Virus record (IMG/VR): IMGVR_UViG_3300046518_000226
Span: 1-64,000 of that record
DNA: 64,000 nucleotides
Direction: 5' to 3' (one strand)
DNA from: a virus
Below, in pieces: positions 9,628 to 19,287 of this stretch. The position numbers were made by a program, and so were the translations under genes. Numbering within the stretch: the first letter of the stretch is position 1; every line of letters starts with the position of its first letter. A model generated the notes under the pieces. The model was not told where the DNA came from. It ran no database searches and saw only the letters and a program-made list of their open reading frames with translations.

Positions 9628-10320
9628 ATGAACGAAAACCTTGAGGCGTTACAGGCCCGCATTGATCAAGCTGGCGACGGCATGGTCGAGTGCGGGAGTG
9701 GCCTGCGCCTGTCGATGGCAAAGTCTGGCACCCGGGTCTGGAGCTACCGGTACCAGCTTGAGGGCGTCCGCCGTCAGGCCGGGCTCGGATCCTACCCGAA
9801 GGTGCCGCTCATCGAGGCGATCGCCAAGCGCGACCAGATGCGGGCGCTGCGGGACAAGGGGATCGACCCCCTGTCGGCAAAGCACGCGGCCAAGAAGCCC
9901 GACGCCGATGTCGAGGAGCTGCTGAGCGCGATCGATGGTGCGCTCGCCCTGGTGCAGCGGATGTCAGCCTCGGCTGACACCAAACTCATGTCTCAGGCGC
10001 TGGGCAGCATCAAGCGTCGCACGGTGGTGGCGCTGGGCGCGCGCAAGGGCCTGGCGATCCGCCGAACCGATGGCCTGCCCCATGCGAACGGCTGGATCTC
10101 GTGCGTGGTCGACGCCGGCGGCGCAGTGGTCGAGCACGCCATCTCCAGCACCGAGCAGCACGCCTATGCCACGGCCGAGCAGCTGGCCGCGAGGCACACG
10201 GGAGCTGAGGTTCGGATCTTCGCGCAGGAAGCGAAGCTGATGCACCTGGGCGTGGTCTACGACGAGGATGGCCGGGGCAGGCCGCGCAATGTCAGGCCCG
10301 AGCCGGGCGATCCGTTCTGA
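9628..10320 (+). CDS. Integrase arm-binding domain (DUF4102-like) protein without catalytic domain
   Basis: GLRL...SGTRVWSYRYQLEG.RR..GLGSYPKVPL.EA...GIDP; no R-HxxR-Y motifs. Confidence 0.85.
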   Translation: MNENLEALQARIDQAGDGMVECGSGLRLSMAKSGTRVWSYRYQLEGVRRQAGLGSYPKVPLIEAIAKRDQMRALRDKGIDPLSAKHAAKKPDADVEELLSAIDGALALVQRMSASADTKLMSQALGSIKRRTVVALGARKGLAIRRTDGLPHANGWISCVVDAGGAVVEHAISSTEQHAYATAEQLAARHTGAEVRIFAQEAKLMHLGVVYDEDGRGRPRNVRPEPGDPF

Positions 10321-10365
10321 TCGTCGTGAGCTGACCATGGCAGGAACTCTCCCGAGCACCCTGCC

Positions 10366-10596
10366 ATGCAAAACATCACCTTCCCTGTTTTCCCGATCGG
10401 CGACCTGTCCCCCACGGACTGGGTGCGCTTCCCTGATGGCGACGTGGGCGTGATCCACGACAAGGTCGACCACGAGGGCTATCGCAAGGCGTGCGTCGAG
10501 GTGCCGGGAGCCCGGTACCCGATCCGAATCGTCGAATTTGCGACATTGGTCGAGCACGTCACCGACCGGCAATGTGTAAAAACACACGGTCACTGA
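10366..10596 (+). CDS. Small hypothetical protein behind a late motif
   Basis: TCGTGA-gct-GACCAT at 10324-10338. Confidence 0.6.
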   Translation: MQNITFPVFPIGDLSPTDWVRFPDGDVGVIHDKVDHEGYRKACVEVPGARYPIRIVEFATLVEHVTDRQCVKTHGH

Positions 10597-10602
10597 TTGT
10601 AA

Positions 10603-10695
10603 CCAGACTCACAGTCTGGGTCTCACGGCATTAACACAGAGCAATCGCAGGCACTTAGCCGACGCACCGTCACTTTCGGGCGCAGGTCGGGCGCA
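10603..10695 (+). repeat. Composite core-IHF-tandem repeat site, copy 3
   Basis: CCAGA-CTCACAG-TCTGG; ..GCACTTA ends 10657; TTTCGGGCGCAGGTCGGGCGCA 10674-10695. Confidence 0.85.
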
Positions 10696-10829
10696 GTGGT
10701 GCAATTTTGCCACTCGCCATATTGGTTTTGCGTGATACCGATTAGCGATCGCGACCAACAAGAAAGTCCAAGATGAACAGAAGTTCAGAAAACGAAACGG
10801 AAGGCATTCACAATCGTTAGGAACGTATC

Positions 10830-11699
10830 GTGCCAATCATCAAACGTGCCCCCGGCTCAGTGTTCACCGAATTCAACCTCGGGTCGGTGAGGCTATACGA
10901 CTCAAGGTTATGCGGGCTCGAACGGCTCAGGATGTCTGAGCACGCCATCTGTCTGTATCCTTACGAGGAGTCCGTCAGCCAAGAAACCTGGGAGGGCCAG
11001 GCGTTACCGAGAAAGCACTGGGAGGTTGGCTCTATCGGATTTATGCCCGCGAACTCAGAACTAATATCGACGCCGGACAAGCCCTACAGGGAGCTTGGAA
11101 TCCGGCTCGACAACAGCATGTTCGCAAAGGCGGTCGATGGGCTGGTTGATCAAAGCCAGATCGACTTTCGCTTCGCTGACGTCACCGACCCGACAGCATT
11201 TCAGCTTGGGTGCTTGCTACTGGAGGGCGCCAAGACCGATCGCATTGGTGAGTGGCCGATGCTGGTCGAGTCCATGTCCATGGCGTTGGCCGTTGCGCTC
11301 GTCCGCAAGCTGTGCCCCAAGACGGCGCGAGCTATGGGAGCGGATTCGTATGACCTGGGCGACTGTCGTAAGCGCCGGGTGCTTGAGTACATCGAGGCCA
11401 ATCTGAACAAGCACATCAGCCTGATGGAGCTGGCGAAGGTGGCTGCTCTGAGCCAGTACCACTTCAGCCGCCAGTTCCAGCGTCAGTTTGGCATGTCGCC
11501 GATCCGCTACATCCAGCGACGCCGGGTCGAGCTGGCGAAACAGCTGCTGCTGCGCGCGGGCTCTACGATTGCCAGCGTCGCGCATGACTGCGGCTTCGGC
11601 GGCCAGAGCCACTTCACAACGGCATTCAAGGCGGTCACCGGGGTTACGCCTGGAGAGTACCGCCGCAGCGGAGGTCAGTTGGTCGCCGACGCCGCTTGA
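10830..11699 (+). CDS. AraC family transcriptional regulator
   Basis: ISLMELAKVAALSQYHFSRQF...VAHDCGFGGQSHFTTAFK..TGVTPGEYR. Confidence 0.95.
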   Translation: MPIIKRAPGSVFTEFNLGSVRLYDSRLCGLERLRMSEHAICLYPYEESVSQETWEGQALPRKHWEVGSIGFMPANSELISTPDKPYRELGIRLDNSMFAKAVDGLVDQSQIDFRFADVTDPTAFQLGCLLLEGAKTDRIGEWPMLVESMSMALAVALVRKLCPKTARAMGADSYDLGDCRKRRVLEYIEANLNKHISLMELAKVAALSQYHFSRQFQRQFGMSPIRYIQRRRVELAKQLLLRAGSTIASVAHDCGFGGQSHFTTAFKAVTGVTPGEYRRSGGQLVADAA

Positions 11700-11704
11700 A
11701 CCGA

Positions 11705-11911
11705 TCAGGCAGCGATAGCGCTGCCGCCGCCGGTCACCTGCTGGCCCTCCCACTCCTCGATATCAGCAATCAGGTAGCGCACCCGCGATCCGAACTTCCG
11801 GTACCGCGGGCCGCACCCCTTCGATCGCCAGTTGGCGAGGGTTCCGGTGACGACGGCGCCTTCCCAGCGCTCGGAGAGTTCCTTTGGGGTCAGGTATTTT
11901 TTGAGGTGCAT
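11705..11911 (-). CDS. Excisionase/AlpA-like HTH protein
   Basis: YLTPKELSERW...TLANWR..G.GP.YRKFG.RVRY; GGAGG RBS. Confidence 0.88.
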   Translation of the reverse strand: MHLKKYLTPKELSERWEGAVVTGTLANWRSKGCGPRYRKFGSRVRYLIADIEEWEGQQVTGGGSAIAA

Positions 11912-12035
11912 GACGGCCTCCATGGATACCGGGGCCGATGCTCCCCTGGGCAGGGCCGCCCGGCAAGCCGAGCTGGCGCGCAGTTCACCGGAATCGGCTG
12001 CGAACGTCATGCTGTGGTGGCACGGATAGAAGGCT

Positions 12036-12066
12036 ATTGCTCAAATAAGATCAGCGGGTGCATAAT
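12036..12066 (+). promoter_or_regulatory. Sigma70-like promoter with overlapping operator-like ATTGCTCAAAT
   Basis: TTGCTC-18 bp-CATAAT. Confidence 0.7.
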
Positions 12067-12113
12067 CAGTACATCACCAACAACAGCAGGCATTGCCTGC
12101 GTAGGGAAAGGAA

Positions 12114-12845
12114 GTGAGCGAACACACGCAGGGCAAACTCCAATGTAACAGCGCAGGGCATGGCTCCGGCAGCACGGTCGTCATTGACGAGTATTACGTG
12201 CAGCGCCCTGGCGATGACGTGGCGGTTGCTAGTGACATCATCGACCCTGTCACCTGCACGCCTTCTGAGGCGAACGCGCGCCGACTGGCAGCCTGCTGGA
12301 ACGTCTGCGATGGCATCAGCACTTCGGTGCTGGAGCTGAACGCTACGGCCGGCGGCATTGCAACGCTGGAGCGTCAGCGGGACAACTATCGTGCGGTGCT
12401 GGAAGGCGCCGAATACCGAGATATCGACGGTATGGGCACGAACCGCCCAGCTGACAGCCGCCGCATTGGGGAAGAAGCGAAGCTTGTCACGCTGGCAATC
12501 ATCGCTCAGCGCGACGAGTTGCTGTCGGCGCTCGAAGAAGTCGTGCGCATCTCCGACCGCAAGCACGACGCATGGGATCGCGCTCACGCTGCCATCGCAG
12601 CTGCCAAAGGCACCCCTGAGCCCGTAGAAATCATCACCCTGGCCCCGGAAGCCTTCGACGCCTTCGAGCAGCAGCTTCAGGACAACCCGCTGTCTGAGAA
12701 CGTCAAGGCACAGGCGCTGCTCAATAGCGAGCCGCAGACCCTGGATGACCTGGTGAAGCTTGGTCAAACGACGCTGCAGCCCACTCAAGCATGGGCGCGC
12801 AAGGTCTGGGCTGAGCGTCAGGAGAAGAATGGGGGTGAGCAATGA
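12114..12845 (+). CDS. Phage hypothetical protein
   Basis: ANARRLAACWN motif; GAAAGGA RBS. Confidence 0.8.
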   Translation: MSEHTQGKLQCNSAGHGSGSTVVIDEYYVQRPGDDVAVASDIIDPVTCTPSEANARRLAACWNVCDGISTSVLELNATAGGIATLERQRDNYRAVLEGAEYRDIDGMGTNRPADSRRIGEEAKLVTLAIIAQRDELLSALEEVVRISDRKHDAWDRAHAAIAAAKGTPEPVEIITLAPEAFDAFEQQLQDNPLSENVKAQALLNSEPQTLDDLVKLGQTTLQPTQAWARKVWAERQEKNGGEQ

Positions 12846-13198
12846 AGCCTATCCCTATCTCCGCAGCTGAGCGCATCGCCAAGGATTACGGTTACGATCA
12901 GGTGGTGATCATAGCTCGCAAGGTCGGCGATGATCCTGAGCCGAACGGCGAGCACGTGACCACCTACGGCGTCACCAAGGGGCATTGCGATGTCGCAGCG
13001 CACATCGGAGACTTCCTCAAGTACAAGGTGATGGGCTGGGTCAAGGAAGATCAGGCCCGCGATATGCCGAAGCTGCAAGGCGATTGCCCATGCTGGACGT
13101 TTGCAGGCTTCAACGTCGTGCGCGATGCGGCGATGCACCCCGACACCATGATGGTGGGCGACCGGGTATTCAAGTTTCTTGAGGGAGGTGGCCAATGA
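12842..13198 (+). CDS. Hypothetical protein
   Basis: ATGA overlap chain. Confidence 0.75.
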   Translation: MKPIPISAAERIAKDYGYDQVVIIARKVGDDPEPNGEHVTTYGVTKGHCDVAAHIGDFLKYKVMGWVKEDQARDMPKLQGDCPCWTFAGFNVVRDAAMHPDTMMVGDRVFKFLEGGGQ

Positions 13199-13440
13199 CC
13201 GCCTCGCGCATCACCAGCATCCGCTACAGCTGCACCCCAGTGCGCAAGGTGCCGAAGGCTGGCGACGAGCGCTTTCTGAAAGGCCGCGGCGTCACCCAGA
13301 TCCGCCAGCAGCAATACTCCGAGATGTACCGCGCCTATGTAGTCAGCAACGGCCGCCCCGTCTGGGAGTGGGTCGATAAGGGCAGCGATCGCGATCGCAC
13401 GTCCGAGGCGTGGCGTCAGGCACGGAGGGCTGCGCCATGA
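13195..13440 (+). CDS. Hypothetical protein
   Basis: ATGA overlap; GGAGG RBS. Confidence 0.7.
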   Translation: MTASRITSIRYSCTPVRKVPKAGDERFLKGRGVTQIRQQQYSEMYRAYVVSNGRPVWEWVDKGSDRDRTSEAWRQARRAAP

Positions 13441-13796
13441 CCGCTGCCATCACCGACCGCGAGCTGCTGGAGCTGGCGGCAAAGGCTGCGGGCCTCACCA
13501 TCCTGCGCTGGGGCAAGACAGCTGGTGCGTTCATCGGAGAGGGTTCGGCTTGGTCGCCCCTCACCGACGACGGCGATGCGCTGCGCCTGGCGATCGCCAT
13601 GCACATCAACATCGACACCGCCGGTCATCACCCTGCAGCGGTGTTCTTCCACCCCGATCGCGGCCGGTTCATCCACTTCCGTGAGGATCAGGCCGAGCAG
13701 GGCATGGAGGCAGCTGTCCGCCGTGCAATCGTCCGCGCTGCTGCCGAACTGGGCCGCGTCATGCAAACAGAAACCCAACCGAGGAAAGGAAATTGA
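13437..13796 (+). CDS. Phage hypothetical protein
   Basis: DRELLELAAKAAG..WSPLTDDGDALRLA..RRAIVRAAA, a common phage family. Confidence 0.8.
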   Translation: MTAAITDRELLELAAKAAGLTILRWGKTAGAFIGEGSAWSPLTDDGDALRLAIAMHINIDTAGHHPAAVFFHPDRGRFIHFREDQAEQGMEAAVRRAIVRAAAELGRVMQTETQPRKGN

Positions 13797-14083
13797 CTGC
13801 CAAAACACTGAAAGAAAAGTTCGAGGAGATCATCCTTGACGGTCGCGACCGCTCTAACGTCTTGGTCTCCAGCCTGCTGGATATCGGCGCCGATGGCGAA
13901 TACTTCAACGCCAACACCCGCAAGTCGTTCGAGTGGTTCAATAAGGGCGCGGCGAGCGTGGTGGTGGAGCTGCCGACCGTGGCCGCCAAGTTCGAGGGTG
14001 GCGATCTCGTCCTGAACATGGAGCCTGAAGCCGTCATCGCGGCCATCGAAGCCGCCGGCGGGAAGGTGCGCCATGAGGTCTAG
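13793..14083 (+). CDS. Hypothetical protein
   Basis: VVVELP...AIEAAGGKV tail, as in 24918-25187. Confidence 0.7.
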   Translation: MTAKTLKEKFEEIILDGRDRSNVLVSSLLDIGADGEYFNANTRKSFEWFNKGAASVVVELPTVAAKFEGGDLVLNMEPEAVIAAIEAAGGKVRHEV

Positions 14084-14330
14084 CCGCAGCACCAAACTGG
14101 CGGTCGCGCTGATCGGCGCCACCGCATCCATGGGCGTGATGATTGGCTCGATGCTCAGCTCCGAGCCTGTACGCACCCGCCGCAAGCCAACCCATGCAGA
14201 ACGGACGCTCGATCGCTTCGAGCGCCGCGGGCAGTCACCCGAGCAGGCCCAGGTCGCCCTCGACGCCGCCCAGGCCAAACGCGACCGCCGCATCGCACGC
14301 AACAAGCGCCTAGCAGGGGAGGCGGTATGA
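14073..14330 (+). CDS. Hypothetical protein
   Basis: Overlap chain; hydrophobic N-terminus, basic C-terminus. Confidence 0.6.
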   Translation: MRSSRSTKLAVALIGATASMGVMIGSMLSSEPVRTRRKPTHAERTLDRFERRGQSPEQAQVALDAAQAKRDRRIARNKRLAGEAV

Positions 14331-14587
14331 GCCCGACAGACGAGCAGCGGGCCGAACGCCAACGCAACGGCCATATCGCCGCGCAGAATGCACAGCAGGT
14401 TCTGAAGGTCGGCGATCGTCTTCGCGTGACCAAGTGCCCTGGCACAAAGCGTTGGATCACTTTCGCTGGCTGGTCAGGCCAGTGGATCGTGTCCAAGTCG
14501 GGCATCGACGACTTCCACCCAATCAACGTTGATCGTCTCAATGGCGAGCCAGTCAACTTTCTAACCGAGGTGTCACCATGTTCCTGA
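14327..14587 (+). CDS. Hypothetical protein
   Basis: ATGA overlap; GGAGG RBS. Confidence 0.7.
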   Translation: MSPTDEQRAERQRNGHIAAQNAQQVLKVGDRLRVTKCPGTKRWITFAGWSGQWIVSKSGIDDFHPINVDRLNGEPVNFLTEVSPCS

Positions 14588-14642
14588 TCCCTGTCTACGC
14601 CGGCCTGTTCATGCTCCAGCACATCTACCGAGGGCCGTGGAA

Positions 14643-14882
14643 ATGAGCAGCCGCGAACTCTGCATCATGGCCTGCATCTTCTGCCGGGAGCCGCAGTTCC
14701 ACCAGTGGCTGGCCGAGACCACCGACCTGGTCAAACCGCGCGACGGCCAGGCCAAGGCCTTCATCCTCCGTCAGTGCCAGGTCAGCTCGCGCAACGACCT
14801 CGACACCGATCCAGACGCAGCCGCCCGCTTCCACGACCTGGTGCGCAAGCCATTCTTGGCGTGGAAGGAGGAAAGGAGCTGA
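14643..14882 (+). CDS. Phage hypothetical protein
   Basis: CREPQFHQW...CQVSSRNDLD...AARFH..VRKPF family. Confidence 0.75.
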   Translation: MSSRELCIMACIFCREPQFHQWLAETTDLVKPRDGQAKAFILRQCQVSSRNDLDTDPDAAARFHDLVRKPFLAWKEERS

Positions 14883-15055
14883 TGTCCAAGATCACTCACC
14901 TGAAACCTGCGGTCACCCAGCGCTACTGCCCCGGGTGCGCCTACCTGGTGTCACAGGTCGAGATCGAGGCCATGCGTTTCAACCTGTCTTGCCCGCGATG
15001 CCAGCAGCACAAAATGAGCGAGTTCAAGCCTGCGTGGGTGCAACCCAGATGCTGA
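14882..15055 (+). CDS. Small Zn-ribbon protein
   Basis: CPGC...CPRC; TGATG overlap. Confidence 0.65.
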   Translation: MSKITHLKPAVTQRYCPGCAYLVSQVEIEAMRFNLSCPRCQQHKMSEFKPAWVQPRC

Positions 15056-15137
15056 ATCTGGGTTTCTCCGGCATTCCACGTAGACAAAACGGGCACTTAG
15101 CGGTGCCCGTTGTTGTTTCGGGCGCTATTCGGGCGCA
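15045..15137 (+). repeat. Composite core-IHF-tandem repeat site, copy 4
   Basis: CCAGA-TGCTGAA-TCTGG; ..GCACTTA ends 15099; TTTCGGGCGCTATTCGGGCGCA 15116-15137. Confidence 0.85.
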
Positions 15138-15154
15138 ACGGCGCCGATAACTCG

Positions 15155-15169
15155 TCGTGATGCCACCAT
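15155..15169 (+). promoter_or_regulatory. Late-promoter motif, leaderless start
   Basis: TCGTGA-tgc-CACCAT-6 nt-ATG(15176). Confidence 0.8.
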
Positions 15170-15175
15170 CGGCAC

Positions 15176-18100
15176 ATGAACGAACTCGCCGCTCCAACAG
15201 CAGAACGCCGCGTAGTCCTGCTGATCAAATCCTCAAAGATCGCCCACCAAGCGGGTTACTTCCTGCTGAACGGTCGGTGGCACAAGGTCGCCCAGCACAA
15301 GCCTGCTCCGAAGGGCGCGCCTGTCGCTGCCCACCCGGTGGCCGCCGGCCTTCACCAGCCTGTCACCATGGAGCCCGGTCAGGTCGACGCGCTCAAGTAC
15401 CCTGCCGACAAGGCCGCGGCGAACTCGGAGATGGCAGCGTTCAACAACGTGCACCTGCCCAAGCTCGTGGCCCATGCCGCGAATGGCGACGCCACTGCGA
15501 TCCTCGGGCACGGCTACGGCTCGAACACCCACGGCAAGAAGGCTGCGAAGGTCGCGAACTACCTGCTCAGCGAGATGGGCAGCCCGCACCAGGTGACTGC
15601 CGGCCAGAAGGCTGGCGAGCACCACGCGGTGAAGCAGACGCCGGCCGAGCAGCCAGCCGCCCCTGAGCCGGTCAAGGCGCCCGTCGAGGAGCCGAAGGCC
15701 GTCGAGCCCGCCCCGGTCGAGGTCGCCCCCGAGAAGCCTGCCGACTCCCCGGCCATGCCCGCGTTCGTCGAGGGCAAGACCACCACGGGCGTCGTCGACT
15801 ACTACCAGAAGCAAGCCCAGAAGATCCTCGACATGGGCGCCGCTGGCGACGTGGCCGGCCTGGCAGCGATGATGGATGAAGGCCTGAAGCCGAACAGCAA
15901 GGGCAAGGTCTCCAACACGTTCGCCGGCAAGACCGCCAACAGCAAGATGCTGCTTGAGCTGCATGCTGCTACCTTGCAGCAAGCTGGCAGCAAGGTCGAT
16001 GCGGCCATGGAGGCGAATCCTCCGGCGCCGGCCGTCGAGCAACCTGTCGCAGCGATCGAGCAGCCTGCTGCACCAGCTGCGGCCAGTTCCGCCCCCACCG
16101 CGGCCAGCATGGTCGCCCAGATCCCGTGGGACAGCCTCAAGCTCCCCGACAGCAACACCAACGCCAAGACCTTCAACAAGAAGCTCGGCGAGATCCAGAC
16201 GGCGGCCGAGGCTGGCGACCTGGCGGCGCTGGAGGGCATGAAGTTCGGCGTCAACACCTACGGCAAGAAGGCCGCCAAGGTGGCCGCGGCGGCAATCGCC
16301 GCACTGAAGGAAGGCGCTCCCGCTGCTGAGCCAGCTCCCGCGCCGGAGCCAGCCACCGCGGCCGAGGAAGGCCCGAAGGACGGCGACACCAAGCCCGGCG
16401 CCAACGGTACGACCCTCGTGTTCAAGGATGGCCGCTGGCACAAGCAGGTCGCCACCGATGAACACGGCGAGATGCCGCCCACGCTGGTTCCGGTCGGCGA
16501 CGAAAACGGCACGCTCAACCTGACTGAGGCCGAGAAGCAGGCAGTATTCGACTACCTCAACAGCACCGAGGCGACTGAGGATCAGTACGCGGCCGGCAAG
16601 GAGATCTTCAAGAAGCTGCCCGAGGAGCTGAAGCAGGCGCTCAACCTGGCGGCGATCAACTTCAAAGCGTCGGCTGATGTGGCGGCTGCATCCACGCATC
16701 CGATCGACGCGGTGCCGATGCCGGACATCTCCAGCATGACGCCGGCTAGCCAGTCGAAGGTGCACACCGCGCTCGCGCTCCTACAGGCGAAGGTGAAGGC
16801 TGAAGGCCCGTCTGCCCTGAAGGGCGTCACCAAGAAGATGAACGCGTCGGGCAAGCTGATCGTCAAGCTGCCTATCTCCGACGTGCAGGGCATCAAGCTC
16901 GCGAGCAAGATCCCTGGCAGCGCGACATCGCAGGTCTACGACTACATCGAGGCCCTGAAGGCTGCGGTCGGCCCGGCCAAGAAGGCGCCGAAGGCCAAGC
17001 CTGCGCCGGTCACTGCCGCGCCGCACGCCGATCAGAACGCCATCCCGGCGATGGACGACTGGAAGCAAGTCGGGCCGCAGGGTGGCAGCAACCCGGGTGG
17101 CAAATTCGTCGATAGCTCCGGCACCGAGTGGTACTGCAAATTCCCGTCCGACCCCGACGTGGCGAAATCCGAGGTGCTGGCGGCCAAGCTGTATGGCGCG
17201 GCCGGCGTGGCAGGCCAGGACGCCATGCTGGTCACCAAGGATGGCAAGCTCGGCATTGCCAGCAAGTGGCATGAGGTCAGCAAGGCCTCCCCTGCCGAAC
17301 TGGCGAAGGTCGACGGCGTGGCCGCTGGCTTCGCGACCGATGCCTGGCTCGGCAACTGGGACGTGGTCGGCCTCGGCTACGACAACCTGCAGGTCGATGC
17401 CAACGGCAAGGCCATGCGTGTCGATGCCGGCGGTTCGCTGGAGTACCGCGCGCAGGGTGGCAAGAAGTCGTTCGGCAACGTCGTCACCGAGCTGGACAGC
17501 CTGCGCGACGCCAAGATCAACCCGCAGGCGGCCAAGGTGTTCGGCCACCTCTCGCAGGCCGACATCACCGCCTCAGTGGCGAAGGTGCTGAAGGTCAGCG
17601 ACGCGCAGATCCATGCGCTGGTGAACACCTACGGCCCTGGCACCGCCGCGGACAAAAAGGCCCTCGCCGAGACGCTGATCGCCCGCAAGGCCGACCTGCT
17701 CGCCAAGTTCCCCAAGGCCAAGAAGGAGAAGAAGCACACCTTCAAGCCGGAGAAGATCAGCGAGCCGCCGAGCTTCCTGAACTGGGGCGGCAGCGGGAAG
17801 GATGGCCCGTCGAGCAAGCCATTCCTCAACCAGGCGAACGAGAAGGCCGTCCAGTCGATCTACGAGGCCGCCAAGACCGGCAGCATCGACGCGGTCAAGA
17901 ACCTTACCGCCGAGACCTACAACAAGAGCACCGGAGAGGTCACCGGCAGCGCGCCCGTGCTCGAACACCCTTCGCAGCACGTGAAGGGCTACGCGCAGCA
18001 GGCCGTCAACGAGATCACCCAGCAGCTGAACCCGCCGAAGCGATTCCGCTTCGAGGGTGGTCACCCGCTGCACTCGCTCAACAGCGCCTACCCGTCTCAC

Positions 18101-18790
18101 AAGGGGCCGCCGCACAGCGACGCGGTCGAGAAGGCCGGCAAGTTCCTGGTGCTGGGCGAACCGGGCACCATCAGCCTTGCCAGCCTTGATCTGCCCAAGG
18201 TCACCTACGCGAGCGGCGCACTGACCCGCGGCACCTACTCGCCCGTCGCCAAGGCGGCGATCGCGCAGATGCCGGAGACGCAGAAGCAGGCGGTCAAGTC
18301 GTACACCGGCAGCTCGTACCAGGGCATGAACAGCTCGCTCTGGAGCGGCAACCCGTCCGGTGCGGCGAAGTCCGCCGGCGAGGCCCTGCACGCGCTGGGT
18401 CACGAGATCGCCCCCGGCACCGTGCTTTCGCGCAAATTGACCGTGCACGGCGAGGGCCTTGATCAAATTCTGAAATCCACTGGCAAGGTACTCCAGGAGC
18501 CAGCTATCATGTCGACGTCTATCCGGCCGTCGTCGTGGTCAGGCAACGTGCAGCTCAAACTGCATGTAGGCCCCGGCGTGAAAGGCTTGTGGGTTGGGAA
18601 AGGTTCGCTTGGGAGCAACAGCGCGCTCTCCATGAACGCAGGAGAGGACGAGCTGATCCTGCCGCCGAACACCCGGCTACTGATCCTGTCGGTGAAGAAA
18701 TCTAGCGGCGGCGATGCTGATGGCTTCGGCGCGGACTCCCATCACGTTATCGAGGCAGTTGTTCTGCCCACCCAGCAGGCCAACACATGA
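15176..18790 (+). CDS. Polyvalent protein: HipA/PI3K-like kinase domain + C-terminal R-S-E ADP-ribosyltransferase
   Basis: GGSNPGG..WYCKF..EVLAAKLY..DAWLGNWD..DNL..RVDAGG (about 17050-17710); YT..SY..MN..L, LSR, MSTS, EDELILP (about 18250-18770). Confidence 0.85.
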   Translation: MNELAAPTAERRVVLLIKSSKIAHQAGYFLLNGRWHKVAQHKPAPKGAPVAAHPVAAGLHQPVTMEPGQVDALKYPADKAAANSEMAAFNNVHLPKLVAHAANGDATAILGHGYGSNTHGKKAAKVANYLLSEMGSPHQVTAGQKAGEHHAVKQTPAEQPAAPEPVKAPVEEPKAVEPAPVEVAPEKPADSPAMPAFVEGKTTTGVVDYYQKQAQKILDMGAAGDVAGLAAMMDEGLKPNSKGKVSNTFAGKTANSKMLLELHAATLQQAGSKVDAAMEANPPAPAVEQPVAAIEQPAAPAAASSAPTAASMVAQIPWDSLKLPDSNTNAKTFNKKLGEIQTAAEAGDLAALEGMKFGVNTYGKKAAKVAAAAIAALKEGAPAAEPAPAPEPATAAEEGPKDGDTKPGANGTTLVFKDGRWHKQVATDEHGEMPPTLVPVGDENGTLNLTEAEKQAVFDYLNSTEATEDQYAAGKEIFKKLPEELKQALNLAAINFKASADVAAASTHPIDAVPMPDISSMTPASQSKVHTALALLQAKVKAEGPSALKGVTKKMNASGKLIVKLPISDVQGIKLASKIPGSATSQVYDYIEALKAAVGPAKKAPKAKPAPVTAAPHADQNAIPAMDDWKQVGPQGGSNPGGKFVDSSGTEWYCKFPSDPDVAKSEVLAAKLYGAAGVAGQDAMLVTKDGKLGIASKWHEVSKASPAELAKVDGVAAGFATDAWLGNWDVVGLGYDNLQVDANGKAMRVDAGGSLEYRAQGGKKSFGNVVTELDSLRDAKINPQAAKVFGHLSQADITASVAKVLKVSDAQIHALVNTYGPGTAADKKALAETLIARKADLLAKFPKAKKEKKHTFKPEKISEPPSFLNWGGSGKDGPSSKPFLNQANEKAVQSIYEAAKTGSIDAVKNLTAETYNKSTGEVTGSAPVLEHPSQHVKGYAQQAVNEITQQLNPPKRFRFEGGHPLHSLNSAYPSHKGPPHSDAVEKAGKFLVLGEPGTISLASLDLPKVTYASGALTRGTYSPVAKAAIAQMPETQKQAVKSYTGSSYQGMNSSLWSGNPSGAAKSAGEALHALGHEIAPGTVLSRKLTVHGEGLDQILKSTGKVLQEPAIMSTSIRPSSWSGNVQLKLHVGPGVKGLWVGKGSLGSNSALSMNAGEDELILPPNTRLLILSVKKSSGGDADGFGADSHHVIEAVVLPTQQANT

Positions 18791-19287
18791 GCAACGACCT
18801 AAACCACCACAACGACCCGACCGGCCTGGCGGCCTCAGCTGCCGAGGCGACGGGTGCGCGGCCCTACCTCGGCGATGTCAACGACATCGACCATCTGCTG
18901 CGCCAGTTCACCGAGGGCGTGACCAGCCGCTTCGCTCAGGTTGGCCGCGGCCAGCTCGCTCCGGATGCGGCGGCCGAGGCCGATCGAGCCGAGTGCCTGC
19001 GCATGGCGGAGGTGTTCGACGGTCAGGATGATGCCTACGCCACGATCGAGAACTGGAACGGCGAGGGCCTGGCAAATTACATCCGCGCCCGCATGGCCGA
19101 GTCCGTGCAGCCTGATGAGGACGATGAGCAGATCATCGCCCAGGCCTTCGCGCTGTTCGTGCACCGCATCTACGGCGCCATCACCGCGGCCGGCGCGAGC
19201 CCTGATCAGGATGCCCTTGTGGCAGCCCTGCAGGACAACATCCGCTCCTTCACCTGGCTGCTGGTGGGCCTTGAATCCAATGAGTAG
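18787..19287 (+). CDS. Acidic helical hypothetical protein (possible immunity protein or chaperone)
   Basis: Overlaps both neighbouring genes. Confidence 0.75.
   Translation: MSNDLNHHNDPTGLAASAAEATGARPYLGDVNDIDHLLRQFTEGVTSRFAQVGRGQLAPDAAAEADRAECLRMAEVFDGQDDAYATIENWNGEGLANYIRARMAESVQPDEDDEQIIAQAFALFVHRIYGAITAAGASPDQDALVAALQDNIRSFTWLLVGLESNE

Noticed and set aside
9628-10320. Functional integrase
   Set aside because: No core-binding or catalytic motifs
18941-19279. N-terminal extension of the Nudix ORF
   Set aside because: Overlaps 18787-19287 out of frame; the coupled ATG at 19280 is more plausible
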